Shown here in pieces: positions 28,868-38,146 of a stretch of 64,000 bases of DNA; within the stretch, counting starts at the first letter, position 1; every line of letters begins with the position of its first letter. A program made the position numbers and the translations under genes. Source of the DNA: a virus; IMG/VR virus record IMGVR_UViG_3300035390_000009, positions 6,318 to 70,317 of that record; one strand, written 5' to 3'. The notes beneath the pieces are model-generated. The model was not told where the DNA came from. It did no database searches and worked only from the letters and a program-made list of their open reading frames with translations.

Positions 28868-29476
28868 CTAGTCTTCTGGAAAAAAGTCAATGTTCTTGGT
28901 TCTCTTTATCCATTCTTTGATAAAGTACTCCGTACCGCCTTGAGAACTATCATTGGTTTTAGCAAGGTCATTCGCCAGATCAACAATGTCCAAGTTACTG
29001 AGAGTAACCGTTTTGGGTTCATGTTTCAGGTTTGAATATTGATTGTTGTAGTATTCAAAAAGATCTGTACAAGTTCTCAATGATATAAGTCGAGCATTAT
29101 TTATCATTGAAGATGATTGGTCATTTGCCATATTACATGCGTGAAACTTAATAGCTTCAACACATTCCATTGGACTTAAAAGACCACCCTTAGTAGGTAT
29201 ATCACAAAACTTAATTTCATCTTTCACCTCTCCCCTTTTATATCCAATATCCATTCCATTTTCCTCAGCAAATTCACCAAGGGATAATTCACCTTTATAC
29301 TCAGGGTACAATCCAAAACATGGAGTATCTCGTTTTGGGTTACTTTTTGATTCAGCCAAATTACAACTTGAATCTTTATAAGAATGCTTGATTCTCTCCC
29401 ATTCTTCCGGAGTATCAATTTGCCCCCATGCTTGATTGCCATCAAAATAAAATGGAATCCATCTTTTATTACTCAT
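28868..29476 (-). CDS. Hypothetical protein
   Basis: Start MSNKRW at 29476 after a GGGGA SD. Confidence 0.7.
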   Translation of the reverse strand: MSNKRWIPFYFDGNQAWGQIDTPEEWERIKHSYKDSSCNLAESKSNPKRDTPCFGLYPEYKGELSLGEFAEENGMDIGYKRGEVKDEIKFCDIPTKGGLLSPMECVEAIKFHACNMANDQSSSMINNARLISLRTCTDLFEYYNNQYSNLKHEPKTVTLSNLDIVDLANDLAKTNDSSQGGTEYFIKEWIKRTKNIDFFPED

Positions 29477-29909
29477 TTTTATTCCCCCTGTCATTAAGTT
29501 TCAAAATCAACATTTGAATATATTTATTACTTTTAACTTGAATTGCCTCGTATGTTTCTATTTCGGCATCACGTCTTTTAACACCAGCTTCAAGAGTTTT
29601 AACATCAGCTTTGCATCTCTGCATTTGTTGAAGGATCTCCAATTGTCTGCTAGTTGGTAATTTAAGTTTTCTCAGCTTTTTCATCTCTTTGTCTACATAC
29701 TCAACCTCAGCAGTCTTTCGTACAACCTCATTCCTAAGCATTGAAATTGTATTGTCTTTGTCGAATATGGAATCCCTATGTTGGTTTATAACAGAGTTTG
29801 CATAACAATATAATGAAAGCAAACCGCAAACCAAAACAAAACACAATGTAGCAAAGAATGCAGAGCTTGATGATTGTGACATATCTTCATCATTGATATT
29901 TCTTTTCAT
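29469..29909 (-). CDS. Single-pass membrane coiled-coil protein
   Basis: N-terminal TM (AFFATLCFVLVCGLLSLYCY) followed by heptad-rich sequence. Confidence 0.7.
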   Translation of the reverse strand: MKRNINDEDMSQSSSSAFFATLCFVLVCGLLSLYCYANSVINQHRDSIFDKDNTISMLRNEVVRKTAEVEYVDKEMKKLRKLKLPTSRQLEILQQMQRCKADVKTLEAGVKRRDAEIETYEAIQVKSNKYIQMLILKLNDRGNKNE

Positions 29910-29921
29910 TTTTTCTCCTTT

Positions 29922-29960
29922 AAAAAAAAAGGGTTGTTAATAATATACAACCCTTTTTTT
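29922..29960. terminator. Bidirectional intrinsic terminator
   Basis: A9-GGGTTG-loop-CAACCC-T7. Confidence 0.7.
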
Positions 29961-29966
29961 ATTTTA

Positions 29967-30248
29967 TTACATTTTATTAAGTTTATCTACCAAGTCCAAT
30001 ATAGGACTATTTTCATCTATCTTACTAACGCTGATAGATTCATTGTTGATAGTGGTTGTAACATTTAGTTTGCCTGCAGGTACAGTTGAATTGCTTTCAA
30101 CATGATAACCAGGCAAATTGATATCATTGTTAAACATATCTTCGTCTACATTCATATAAATGAGTGTACCCACAACCAATATAATTGTAAGTGCCCCAGA
30201 TAAAGTTTTGGATGTTTTTACAAAATCATCCCAATATTTTTTAAACAT
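29967..30248 (-). CDS. Single-pass membrane protein
   Basis: ATG at 30248 with GGAGG SD; one TM segment. Confidence 0.65.
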   Translation of the reverse strand: MFKKYWDDFVKTSKTLSGALTIILVVGTLIYMNVDEDMFNNDINLPGYHVESNSTVPAGKLNVTTTINNESISVSKIDENSPILDLVDKLNKM

Positions 30249-30283
30249 AACATATCCTCCTGTTAAAATTAAATACAAATAAT

Positions 30284-30312
30284 CTATCTATCTTACTTAA
30301 TAATATATATAG
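30284..30312 (-). promoter_or_regulatory. Candidate promoter, motif B
   Basis: CTATCTATCTTACTTAATAATATATATAG between divergent genes. Confidence 0.6.
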
Positions 30313-30359
30313 TCATGACCTATATAATGGAACATACTATAAATAGTAAAGGAGCTAAT

Positions 30360-30539
30360 ATGATAGAATTATTAAGCCTTATAATTTTTTTAATTTGTAT
30401 TATTTGGGGCGCTGAGTATATGAGAAAAAATAACTCCAGTAAAAAGATTTTATTATTAAATTTAATAATATACATAATAGCATTTTCAATATGGACATCA
30501 TTAATATTAAGTTGGTTATGTCATTTTATAAATAAATAA
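30360..30539 (+). CDS. Small two-TM membrane protein
   Basis: AAGGAG SD before ATG 30360. Confidence 0.6.
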   Translation: MIELLSLIIFLICIIWGAEYMRKNNSSKKILLLNLIIYIIAFSIWTSLILSWLCHFINK

Positions 30540-30608
30540 TATAAAGTTAAAGCATCCCGATCGAGTAGTTATACTCAAAAGTTCCTATATGTAAAGGAGT
30601 AGCAAATC

Positions 30609-30863
30609 ATGGACAAATCATTATTAAATGAAGTATTTATAAAAAAGAATGGGCCAGTAACCCCTGCACAAGCTAATCGTACACAGGATAGAAAAGCTGC
30701 TCGCTTACCAGATGATAAAAATGCTCACATAGCCAAGATAGATAATCAAATAAATAAGCTAATCCATCATGCAAAAATCAAAGGTAACTCTCCAAAGATA
30801 CAACGCATGATAAGAAGAGCTAAATTAAGCAGAAATAAAATTGCTAAAAAGTTAAATAATTAA
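30609..30863 (+). CDS. Small basic protein
   Basis: AAGGAG SD; K/R-rich. Confidence 0.7.
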   Translation: MDKSLLNEVFIKKNGPVTPAQANRTQDRKAARLPDDKNAHIAKIDNQINKLIHHAKIKGNSPKIQRMIRRAKLSRNKIAKKLNN

Positions 30864-30877
30864 AGGAGTATAATAAA

Positions 30878-31267
30878 ATGGATAAAAAATGTAAAGAAGG
30901 TCAACGCTGGTGCCCAATAGAAAAGAAATGCGTCCCTATGGATGATAAGAAACAACAAGGAAAAGGATTGGGTCATGGAAAAGGTAATGGTCCTATTGGG
31001 ATTCCAAAAAAGGATATAGTCGAAGGATTAAATCAAGTAATGGAAAGAGAAGCAACTTTGTATGGAGTAGAACGTGGTTATTATGAAGCAGGTGATAGAC
31101 TTGCTAAACAAAGAAAACAAAAAAGAAGTGACAAAAAGAATAGAACATTAGGAAAAGTTTATACTAAAAAAAGAGATCCCTTACTACTTCATAAAAAACA
31201 AAAACAAAAATTAAATAATTGGAATGATGCTGAGAAATATTTTGGCACTTCAAAAGATTCAATGTAA
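30878..31267 (+). CDS. Basic protein with N-terminal CKEGQRWCPIEKKCVP motif
   Basis: AAGGAG SD; very K-rich. Confidence 0.7.
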   Translation: MDKKCKEGQRWCPIEKKCVPMDDKKQQGKGLGHGKGNGPIGIPKKDIVEGLNQVMEREATLYGVERGYYEAGDRLAKQRKQKRSDKKNRTLGKVYTKKRDPLLLHKKQKQKLNNWNDAEKYFGTSKDSM

Positions 31268-31292
31268 AGAAAGGATATTATTTATATACAAA

Positions 31293-31307
31293 AGAACATA
31301 TTATAAA
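31293..31307 (+). promoter_or_regulatory. Candidate promoter, motif A
   Basis: AGAACATATTATAAA upstream of 31333. Confidence 0.55.
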
Positions 31308-31332
31308 ATGAATAATCATACAGGAGAATTAA

Positions 31333-31659
31333 ATGGAAAATTTTAGACCTAATAGTGATATGAATGTAGGAAAAGGAAATTTTTTAATATTAGAATTTGA
31401 TGCATATAAAGAATATCATAGCAAAGTTACTATAACTAATTGTGGTAGAGTATTAATAATTGATAAACATTTAACATCCGAAGCATATAATATGAAAAAT
31501 ATTGGATCCATAGTATATAAAACCTTAGACACAGCTCAAATAATTAACATTAAATTCAAACACCCTAATGTTTCTGTACCCATTTATTGTGAATTAAAAA
31601 ATGACTTGTTTGTTGAGCAATACAATGAGCTGATTGATTGGTGGAACAAGGCACTATAA
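31333..31659 (+). CDS. Hypothetical protein
   Basis: AGGAG SD. Confidence 0.7.
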   Translation: MENFRPNSDMNVGKGNFLILEFDAYKEYHSKVTITNCGRVLIIDKHLTSEAYNMKNIGSIVYKTLDTAQIINIKFKHPNVSVPIYCELKNDLFVEQYNELIDWWNKAL

Positions 31660-31802
31660 TGTATTCTGAAAGTAGAGCCATAGTATTTGCTTCTTGTGTT
31701 GGGTTAGCTTTGGTTTGTCAATGGTTATTAGGATTGGATTGGACTATGATATTTGACAGAGCAATTGAATTATGGTTTGATTTAATATTCATTATTAGAT
31801 AG
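31659..31802 (+). CDS. 47-aa hydrophobic peptide (not in track)
   Basis: TAATG overlap with 31333; MYSESRAIVFASCVGLALVCQWLLGLDW... Confidence 0.4.
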   Translation: MYSESRAIVFASCVGLALVCQWLLGLDWTMIFDRAIELWFDLIFIIR

Positions 31803-32157
31803 TGTCTGGGTTTGAAATAGGACGGTTGGGTTTGAATTGATACTAGTATATAGGATTGGATGAATAGCTTTAATTGTTCTGGATTGTTAGTTGGTAGGTG
31901 TCTTAGGTGCTGGTTGATTAGGTTAGTGATTAGGGTTGGAGGGGATTTATATAAAAGGAATGTTTGTTTGCAATTAATATCCTAGTAAGTATTCAAGGAT
32001 AGTTATTAATGCTTTGAGTATATTGCATATTTCATATAACATGAGCGACTCCTTGGCTGGGGTTGCTCCACTCCAACCATTATATGACTTAGTGGAGTAT
32101 CATTAATATGTTCCAGAATTTGGTTTGTTAACGATCGAGTGAATAGGAGATTTAATT

Positions 32158-32295
32158 ATGAAAAAAGAACATCCATATGATATTGTGGAAGTTGCAGATG
32201 GATCCATTACAAGAGATGTAATGAGAGGCACCGCTATTAGAAAGAATCTATATATTATTAAGACTGTTAAATATTATAAGGAAGAATATAAATAA
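32158..32295 (+). CDS. 45-aa hypothetical protein (not in track)
   Basis: AGGAGA SD; MKKEHPYDIVEVADGSITRDVMRG... Confidence 0.55.
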   Translation: MKKEHPYDIVEVADGSITRDVMRGTAIRKNLYIIKTVKYYKEEYK

Positions 32296-32422
32296 TAATA
32301 TGTTTTAGTTTGTTAGCTGCTAAGTGTTTTACTTTTTGTACAGGAAAAAGTGAAACTATTTGTCCAGGAGGAAAAATGAGTATTTTATTTTTTTTGCCAT
32401 CTTTTTATATAGGAGGTTCTGT

Positions 32423-32497
32423 ATGGTTGACTTTGGCATAGCGGTTATTATCGTGGTAGTTTGTTTGATTTATGTATGGAATGTTAGAAGGAAGTAA
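32423..32497 (+). CDS. 24-aa single-TM peptide (not in track)
   Basis: AGGAGG SD; MVDFGIAVIIVVVCLIYVWNVRRK*. Confidence 0.5.
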   Translation: MVDFGIAVIIVVVCLIYVWNVRRK

Positions 32498-32748
32498 TAG
32501 AGTTTATATATGTACTATGCTAAAGCGAATTACCCTATATGGTGAAAAATTGGTTTATTACCCGAGAGGGGTTGCTGTCGCTTGTTTGTACCAGTGAGGT
32601 ATAGAAAAAAGCAATCAGTGATAGTACCAAGATAGTATACCCCACCATAAATATAGAAGTGAGATTGATACAAACTAACTAGTCAGACAGACCGTCAATT
32701 TTGCAGCAGATACATGCCAGATACCACTCATACACATTACTACTATGC

Positions 32749-32902
32749 ATCCAAACTAATTAACTAAACATAATCCAAACTAATTAACTAAACATAATCC
32801 AAAACATAATCCAAAACATAATCCAAAACATAATCCAAAACATAATCCAAAACATAATCCAAAACATAATCCAAAACATAATCCAAAACATAATCCAAAA
32901 CA
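32749..32902 (+). repeat. Tandem repeat: 2 x 24-mer ATCCAAACTAATTAACTAAACATA, then ~8.8 x 12-mer ATCCAAAACATA
   Basis: Counted directly; perfect units starting at 32797. Confidence 0.95.
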
Positions 32903-33087
32903 ATTAGCAAGATATAATAAAGAATGTATATTCTATGTTTGCCTACTAATATATACATAGATAGCATAAAGTACATATAGCCATTCATAAGCTATTACAC
33001 CATACCAAATCTATACCATATTGCATAGGCAAACATAGAACAGGATATAATCTAAAACATAAACCGACTTATATAGGAGCTATAACA

Positions 33088-33378
33088 ATGAATAATGACT
33101 ATGTCAAACCTGGATATAAAACAACAGAGTTTTGGACAATGATAGTATCTGCCTTCTTTGGTATATTAATACTGTTTGGGATAATAACAAATTTTGAGTC
33201 TAACAGTATGTTAGCATATGTAAACAATATCTCAGGTAGTTTGTTAACAGTTAGCTCAGTAGTATCTTACATATGGTCAAGAGGAAAGAGTAAGACCAAT
33301 GCTAACATTGACTATACTAAGCTATTAGCTGATATAGAAACCTTAGTAAACAAAGCTAATATAGACAAGGGTATATAA
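33088..33378 (+). CDS. Holin-like two-TM protein
   Basis: KPGYKTTEFW followed by two hydrophobic helices and a basic tail; AGGAG SD. Confidence 0.6.
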   Translation: MNNDYVKPGYKTTEFWTMIVSAFFGILILFGIITNFESNSMLAYVNNISGSLLTVSSVVSYIWSRGKSKTNANIDYTKLLADIETLVNKANIDKGI

Positions 33379-33425
33379 CCGGTTATATAAACGGGTATAT
33401 AGTAAGTCATATAACCGTTTATATA
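33372..33425. repeat. Overlapping palindromes
   Basis: Perfect 18-bp TATATAACCGGTTATATA; TATATAAACGG...CCGTTTATATA inverted pair. Confidence 0.85.
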
Positions 33426-33540
33426 GAAAAGATTACAAAAAAAAAGTTAGCAGGATAGTGTTTAGTACAGTTAGCATATGCAAAAGCCTTTTTACTGAGT
33501 AAAAACCTTTTAGTTGTCTTAGTTCTTTCTTGATATTGTG

Positions 33541-33581
33541 TTGGATTGTGTATTGGATTGTTGGATTGGATTGTTGGATTG
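33541..33581 (-). repeat. Five TTGGATTG copies (CAATCCAA on the minus strand)
   Basis: Copies at 33541, 33553, 33561, 33566, 33574; inverse of the AATCCAA core of the 32749 array. Confidence 0.8.
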
Positions 33582-34035
33582 TATGTGTGCTCAAAGATTT
33601 TATCCATAACTACCGGTAGGTGTCTAACATTATGAAATTGCCTCTAAGAAACTAACTCATATTCTCAATTACTACCTTTTTATTTACTACTAATTCAATT
33701 CTAACATAAAAATGCCCTCATAATACCCAAACAGTATCCCTGATATACCCAACCTACACATTACTAACATAATACTCAGTTTACTACATACAAACTACAC
33801 AAAAATAGCTAGTAAACCTCCCACTGAATATTAAAGAAACATACTTAATCCCATTAAGAATAAAACTAACCTCAAGAAACCAACTAAAAGATAGTTTAAG
33901 AAACAAACTCATTTAACTCATTCTTATTATACACTATAGGCTATACTATGATACTCTTATACATTCTTTATACAATATACCTCATACTTATCCTATACTT
34001 AATACTCTTATATAAAATAGATAAATAATTAATAC

Positions 34036-34080
34036 AAAAAAAAGGGATAAGATATTAGCTATTTACCTTATTCCTTTTTT
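34036..34080. terminator. Intrinsic terminator for the minus-strand array
   Basis: A8-GGGATAAG-loop-CTTATTCC-T6. Confidence 0.6.
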
Positions 34081-34209
34081 ATATTACTATAATACTTATT
34101 TACTGAATGTTTATATTAATCCTTTATTATTATTATGTTTGTTTTTTCTTGAGTTTTATATCCGACTTAATTACTTTGGTTTGTTTTTTCTGGGGTTTTA
34201 TATCCTGAC

Positions 34210-34434
34210 TTACTTGATATCTTTAATCTCTTTAACTATTGTTAGCCAATGCTCTTTACTTATTTTAGCATTACTATATTCAACAAAGTTATAACTCTTA
34301 CTCCATTCAAGATATTCATTAACTAACTTGATTCTCTTTGTATTTGTTGAAAGTTGTTCTATTAACTCATTGTTTAAGTCTTGATAACATTTGAGTTTAG
34401 CATTTAACAACTTAGTCATTATCTCTACTTTCAC
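34210..34434 (-). CDS. Hypothetical coiled-coil protein
   Basis: AAGGAG SD; GTG start. Confidence 0.65.
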   Translation of the reverse strand: MKVEIMTKLLNAKLKCYQDLNNELIEQLSTNTKRIKLVNEYLEWSKSYNFVEYSNAKISKEHWLTIVKEIKDIK

Positions 34435-34471
34435 TTTAATCTCCTTAACTTAACTTTGGTGTTTGGTTAAA

Positions 34472-35041
34472 TCAAATAGTGAATGTTTGATTCTTTAGTA
34501 TATGCATCTGACTTGCTCTAAAGATATATCCATGTTTGATTAAGTGTTTAACATGAAATATTGAGTCTTCTTTATCATCAATATTATGATAGTATTGATT
34601 AATCATCAATTTTGTTATTGACTCATACTTTTCAATTGTCTTTAATAACTCAAATTTAAATGACTTATGAACATGTCTCCCATTTTCTATAAGAAATACT
34701 AAGTTCATTATCTTCTGAGCATATTCCTGTCTATCATAACCTCCCATGTTTACTTGAAGTTTACCATCAAGGAAGTGATTAAGATATTCAATCCTTTCAA
34801 GTGTCTCTTCTCTAACTCTTGGGTAATCTGATAAAGAATTACTATCCATTGGGTTGTTAGCTCTAAACCATCTATAACTATTGTTTATTAATACAATGAC
34901 TCTTCCTTTAGTTATATTAAGTTTCTTAGCTATATAATCATTACTTAATCCCAATAACCTAAACCTGATTAACTCTTTACTATATAATGCTATAGTCGGG
35001 TAATACCTTTGTTTCATTGTTTTATACTCCTTTAAATTCAA
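34472..35041 (-). CDS. Protein with N-terminal HTH (sigma region 4/LuxR-like)
   Basis: LIRFRLLGLSNDYIAKKLNITKGRVIVLINN HTH pattern. Confidence 0.55.
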   Translation of the reverse strand: MNLKEYKTMKQRYYPTIALYSKELIRFRLLGLSNDYIAKKLNITKGRVIVLINNSYRWFRANNPMDSNSLSDYPRVREETLERIEYLNHFLDGKLQVNMGGYDRQEYAQKIMNLVFLIENGRHVHKSFKFELLKTIEKYESITKLMINQYYHNIDDKEDSIFHVKHLIKHGYIFRASQMHILKNQTFTI

Positions 35042-35210
35042 GATAGTTGAGAGACTCTAATGCTACAATGATATCATCTATTGTTTCTTCTGATATAATG
35101 TTATCACTTACTCTTTCTATAGCAATCATTATCTCTTTTCTTACAGTCTTATCAACCTTCCATTGATCCTTATCATCAAAGGTATCACTCTTTTTTATTT
35201 TCCTGGTCAT
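35022..35210 (-). CDS. Small hypothetical protein
   Basis: Coupled to neighbours; AGGA SD. Confidence 0.65.
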   Translation of the reverse strand: MTRKIKKSDTFDDKDQWKVDKTVRKEIMIAIERVSDNIISEETIDDIIVALESLNYLEFKGV

Positions 35211-35599
35211 ATATTATCCTTTTTCTTTAGTATTGAAATAAAGTTATCATTATCATCATAATATCCAATTGGTATTAAGGATGCATCTCTTAACCTTACA
35301 TGGATATATTCAATTGATTTATCAGCCTTACGATAATCAACCATAATGTTAGCATTCGTTAAGTCCTCTAATGTGAATTGAGTAAGGACTTGCATTAAGG
35401 CATTCCGGACTGCTGCTTTATTTCTTAAAGTATTTATTTGATCCATACTATCATATCTTGTTTCAGTAATAGAATCAACTGGTTGTTCCTTATAACTTGA
35501 TGTTAAACATAAGGATGTGATTAATGATATTGCAAGAAGAGACATAGTCAATATGAGTAGTGATTTGAATTGATTCTTTGGACTTTGTTTTGTTTTCAT
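35207..35599 (-). CDS. Single-pass membrane protein
   Basis: N-terminal TM segment. Confidence 0.7.
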   Translation of the reverse strand: MKTKQSPKNQFKSLLILTMSLLAISLITSLCLTSSYKEQPVDSITETRYDSMDQINTLRNKAAVRNALMQVLTQFTLEDLTNANIMVDYRKADKSIEYIHVRLRDASLIPIGYYDDNDNFISILKKKDNI

Positions 35600-35611
35600 T
35601 GCTTTAATCCT

Positions 35612-35929
35612 TTAATGATGCTTTATATTAATAAACTCATGAACCATGTTGATTAACTCGAGTGATATTCCTTTTGTTTTGTCATGGTAACAAAGGAATG
35701 TTTCAATGATGGAATCGTCAGTATACTTATTATGTTTTTCAACCTGGCACATCACATGGAATAAACCTTGGATAGTTGTATCAACCTTTATAGCAGCTAA
35801 CTGATTCATCAAGTTAATCAAGACTGTGTTTAAAGGGTCTTCCTTATAATGTTTTTCAATTACTACAATAGCTAGTGTATTTAGTATATCTTCTGCATAT
35901 TCATCTGCTATTAATTCAAATAGAATCAA
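35612..35929 (-). CDS. Hypothetical protein
   Basis: AGGGG SD; TTG start. Confidence 0.6.
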   Translation of the reverse strand: MILFELIADEYAEDILNTLAIVVIEKHYKEDPLNTVLINLMNQLAAIKVDTTIQGLFHVMCQVEKHNKYTDDSIIETFLCYHDKTKGISLELINMVHEFINIKHH

Positions 35930-35953
35930 TTGTTAGTCCCCTTTATTATATGT

Positions 35954-36355
35954 TTAATATCCTATCTCTTCTTGGTGCCTTATGTATCTTACTAACTCAT
36001 GTGTATCTATAACTCTACACTTATCAATTAATCCACCTTGTGATGGACCTATCATAGTTAGCTTAACCTCCTTACTATGGTTTTGTCTTGATAAATTAAA
36101 ATGAGTTCTACAGAATAGACATTCAAAAGCAGTATGGTGATGACTCCTCATTGCCTGAGTTTGAAAATAGACTTGATCATGATGACATACTGGGCATACA
36201 TGATATTCTTTTATAAAATCAAATGTTTCAATAAAATCCTTTTGACTATTTAGTCTATTATGTTGAATTAAATCATTAACATCATCACATTTTTTACTAC
36301 AATGTGCTATGACTATACATTGAGGATTGACTATATTACATAGATACTTATTCAT
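35954..36355 (-). CDS. Cys-rich zinc-binding protein
   Basis: C...PQCIV..HCSKKC, CPVC, CLFC. Confidence 0.65.
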   Translation of the reverse strand: MNKYLCNIVNPQCIVIAHCSKKCDDVNDLIQHNRLNSQKDFIETFDFIKEYHVCPVCHHDQVYFQTQAMRSHHHTAFECLFCRTHFNLSRQNHSKEVKLTMIGPSQGGLIDKCRVIDTHELVRYIRHQEEIGY

Positions 36356-36680
36356 CTCCTCTACACTCTTTCAGTTTAGTTTCAAGGTTAGTTAATTTAA
36401 GCTCATATTCATTGAGTTGATATGCTTGTTCTTCAATTATGATCTTATTAGTTTTAATCACCTTTTCCATAAGACCATCCTTAATCTTATAACCTTCAAT
36501 GATCTTAGACCTTAGTTGATTACCTCTCTTTAATTCAGTTGTTACGTCTGATTCACCTTTACTAAATCCCACGAATGCACCAAGTATCAATACAACAGCC
36601 ATTATAGAAAAGAATAGTATTAACTCTTTGGTATTATTCTGAATGAACTGTGTGATATTGTTTGTTGTTTTATCGCTCAT
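36348..36680 (-). CDS. Single-pass membrane coiled-coil protein
   Basis: TM LILFFSIMAVVLILGAFVGF followed by coiled coil. Confidence 0.7.
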   Translation of the reverse strand: MSDKTTNNITQFIQNNTKELILFFSIMAVVLILGAFVGFSKGESDVTTELKRGNQLRSKIIEGYKIKDGLMEKVIKTNKIIIEEQAYQLNEYELKLTNLETKLKECRGDE

Positions 36681-36879
36681 CTTTATTCTCCTTAAGTGAT
36701 TGCTCATATTCTTTTCTAAACTTTTCCTTTATCTTAGCTCTATAAGCATCATTCAACTCATACCTATCAATCTTAGCCTGTTGTATTGAAATCTTTGATT
36801 CCAACATAATAATTTTATATATGACAAAGATTAAAGCTCCAGTTAATATCATAGTCATAGTGACAAAGAATATTGTCAT
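36670..36879 (-). CDS. Single-pass membrane coiled-coil protein
   Basis: N-terminal TM; AGGAGA SD. Confidence 0.7.
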   Translation of the reverse strand: MTIFFVTMTMILTGALIFVIYKIIMLESKISIQQAKIDRYELNDAYRAKIKEKFRKEYEQSLKENKDER

Positions 36880-36881
36880 TG

Positions 36882-37274
36882 TTAATCTCCTATGCCATTG
36901 ATGATAACATTAAGTTTTTCTTTGATTTGGTTAAGTTTAGCTTCACCTGCAAGCTTAGTATATTTCAAATCAGCTTTAAGGATTTCATTACGAACCTCAA
37001 GCTTTACTATTTTAACCTCCATTTCCATCTTTTTAACTTGACCTTTCTTTATCATCAAGGCTATTTCATTTTCAAACTCATGTATTACGATGAATTGTTT
37101 TGATCTGAGTTCAGTAAGTTTTTGTTGAGATGCTATATATTTCTTACTGAATTGTTCATTAATAATTGTCGCATCCTTATACTTCTCTGTCATTATTACA
37201 GATACAATAATAAACAATACTGCTGCTAAGGATGAAACTATAGTTAATACTTTCCAATGTTTTAATTCAGTCAT
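36882..37274 (-). CDS. Single-pass membrane coiled-coil protein
   Basis: N-terminal TM; GAGG SD. Confidence 0.7.
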   Translation of the reverse strand: MTELKHWKVLTIVSSLAAVLFIIVSVIMTEKYKDATIINEQFSKKYIASQQKLTELRSKQFIVIHEFENEIALMIKKGQVKKMEMEVKIVKLEVRNEILKADLKYTKLAGEAKLNQIKEKLNVIINGIGD

Positions 37275-37276
37275 GG

Positions 37277-37522
37277 TTAACCTCTTTTAATTTCATTGAT
37301 ATTAAATTGTAGGTATTCTTCTTTATACCTATTTCGATTAATCAAGAACCTATCTCTTTCCAATTGCTCATGTGTTTTAAACTTAGAGATAGTTATATTG
37401 AGATCATCTATTATATCTTCTTGATCACTGATCTTATTCATAGCCTTATGATTGAATAATAAAAGGACTATAATGATTAGGATCATGAAGATTAAGAAAT
37501 AGAAATGAAACATATGTAGCAT
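37277..37522 (-). CDS. Single-pass membrane coiled-coil protein, similar to 36670
   Basis: NKISDQEDIID vs SKISIQQAKID; RYKEEYLQ vs KFRKEYEQ. Confidence 0.65.
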   Translation of the reverse strand: MLHMFHFYFLIFMILIIIVLLLFNHKAMNKISDQEDIIDDLNITISKFKTHEQLERDRFLINRNRYKEEYLQFNINEIKRG

Positions 37523-37523
37523 A

Positions 37524-37886
37524 TCAATCACCATTTAATAGTTTAACTGCTGCTTTCATCAATCTGTCCCTTACTTGACATTCAGCATCATACTTAGAAA
37601 TTGTTTGTTTAAGGGAAGATTCCATGTCATAAAACCTTTTAGCGGATACATAGTTTTCATTATCCTTAGGATCAACAACCGCCTCTTCCAATTTATTGAT
37701 CTTTGTTTTTAATCTATCAATAATTACATCCTGGTTGTTAAAGTTTGAATTGACTACTCTCAAGTTAGATATCATATGTTTTGCTTGGAATAAACTTAAT
37801 GTTAATCCAATTATAATAAACCCAGCTATTATTAATCCAACTGTCAACAACATAATTCTTCTATAATCTGATTCATCATGATTCAT
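37524..37886 (-). CDS. Single-pass membrane coiled-coil protein
   Basis: N-terminal TM followed by heptads. Confidence 0.7.
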   Translation of the reverse strand: MNHDESDYRRIMLLTVGLIIAGFIIIGLTLSLFQAKHMISNLRVVNSNFNNQDVIIDRLKTKINKLEEAVVDPKDNENYVSAKRFYDMESSLKQTISKYDAECQVRDRLMKAAVKLLNGD

Positions 37887-38143
37887 CTGAATTTCCCCTT
37901 TGGTATTGTTACTGGTTCTATTGTAATATTTGCTATTGAATTTATGATTTCTTGATATTCATCGCTAGACATTTCAAAGTCCTTATATTTCTTATAAGAA
38001 TTTAATGATAACTCTTTGAGATGTTCTTCACATTTCTTTATTTTACCCATAGCCATTAGAGCATCGTTTAAAGCTTTTTCATAATTATCTATGTTAGCTT
38101 TATGTATTGATCTAATAGCTATCATTGCCTTTGGCACTTTCAT
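37883..38143 (-). CDS. Small coiled-coil protein
   Basis: AGGAG SD; coupled to neighbours. Confidence 0.7.
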   Translation of the reverse strand: MKVPKAMIAIRSIHKANIDNYEKALNDALMAMGKIKKCEEHLKELSLNSYKKYKDFEMSSDEYQEIINSIANITIEPVTIPKGKFR

Positions 38144-38146
38144 ACA

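Noticed and set aside
32749-32902. Possible CRISPR array
   Set aside because: Units are head-to-tail 12-mers and 24-mers with no unique spacers, and no cas genes are present.
32788-32988. Minus-strand ORF with (VLDY)x9
   Set aside because: It is the translation of the 12-bp tandem repeat, with no convincing SD; probably spurious, though expression cannot be excluded.
33419-33607. 62-aa minus-strand ORF (NPTIQSNNPIHNPTQ)
   Set aside because: It is largely the translation of the TTGGATTG repeats and the following palindrome region; coding status unsupported.
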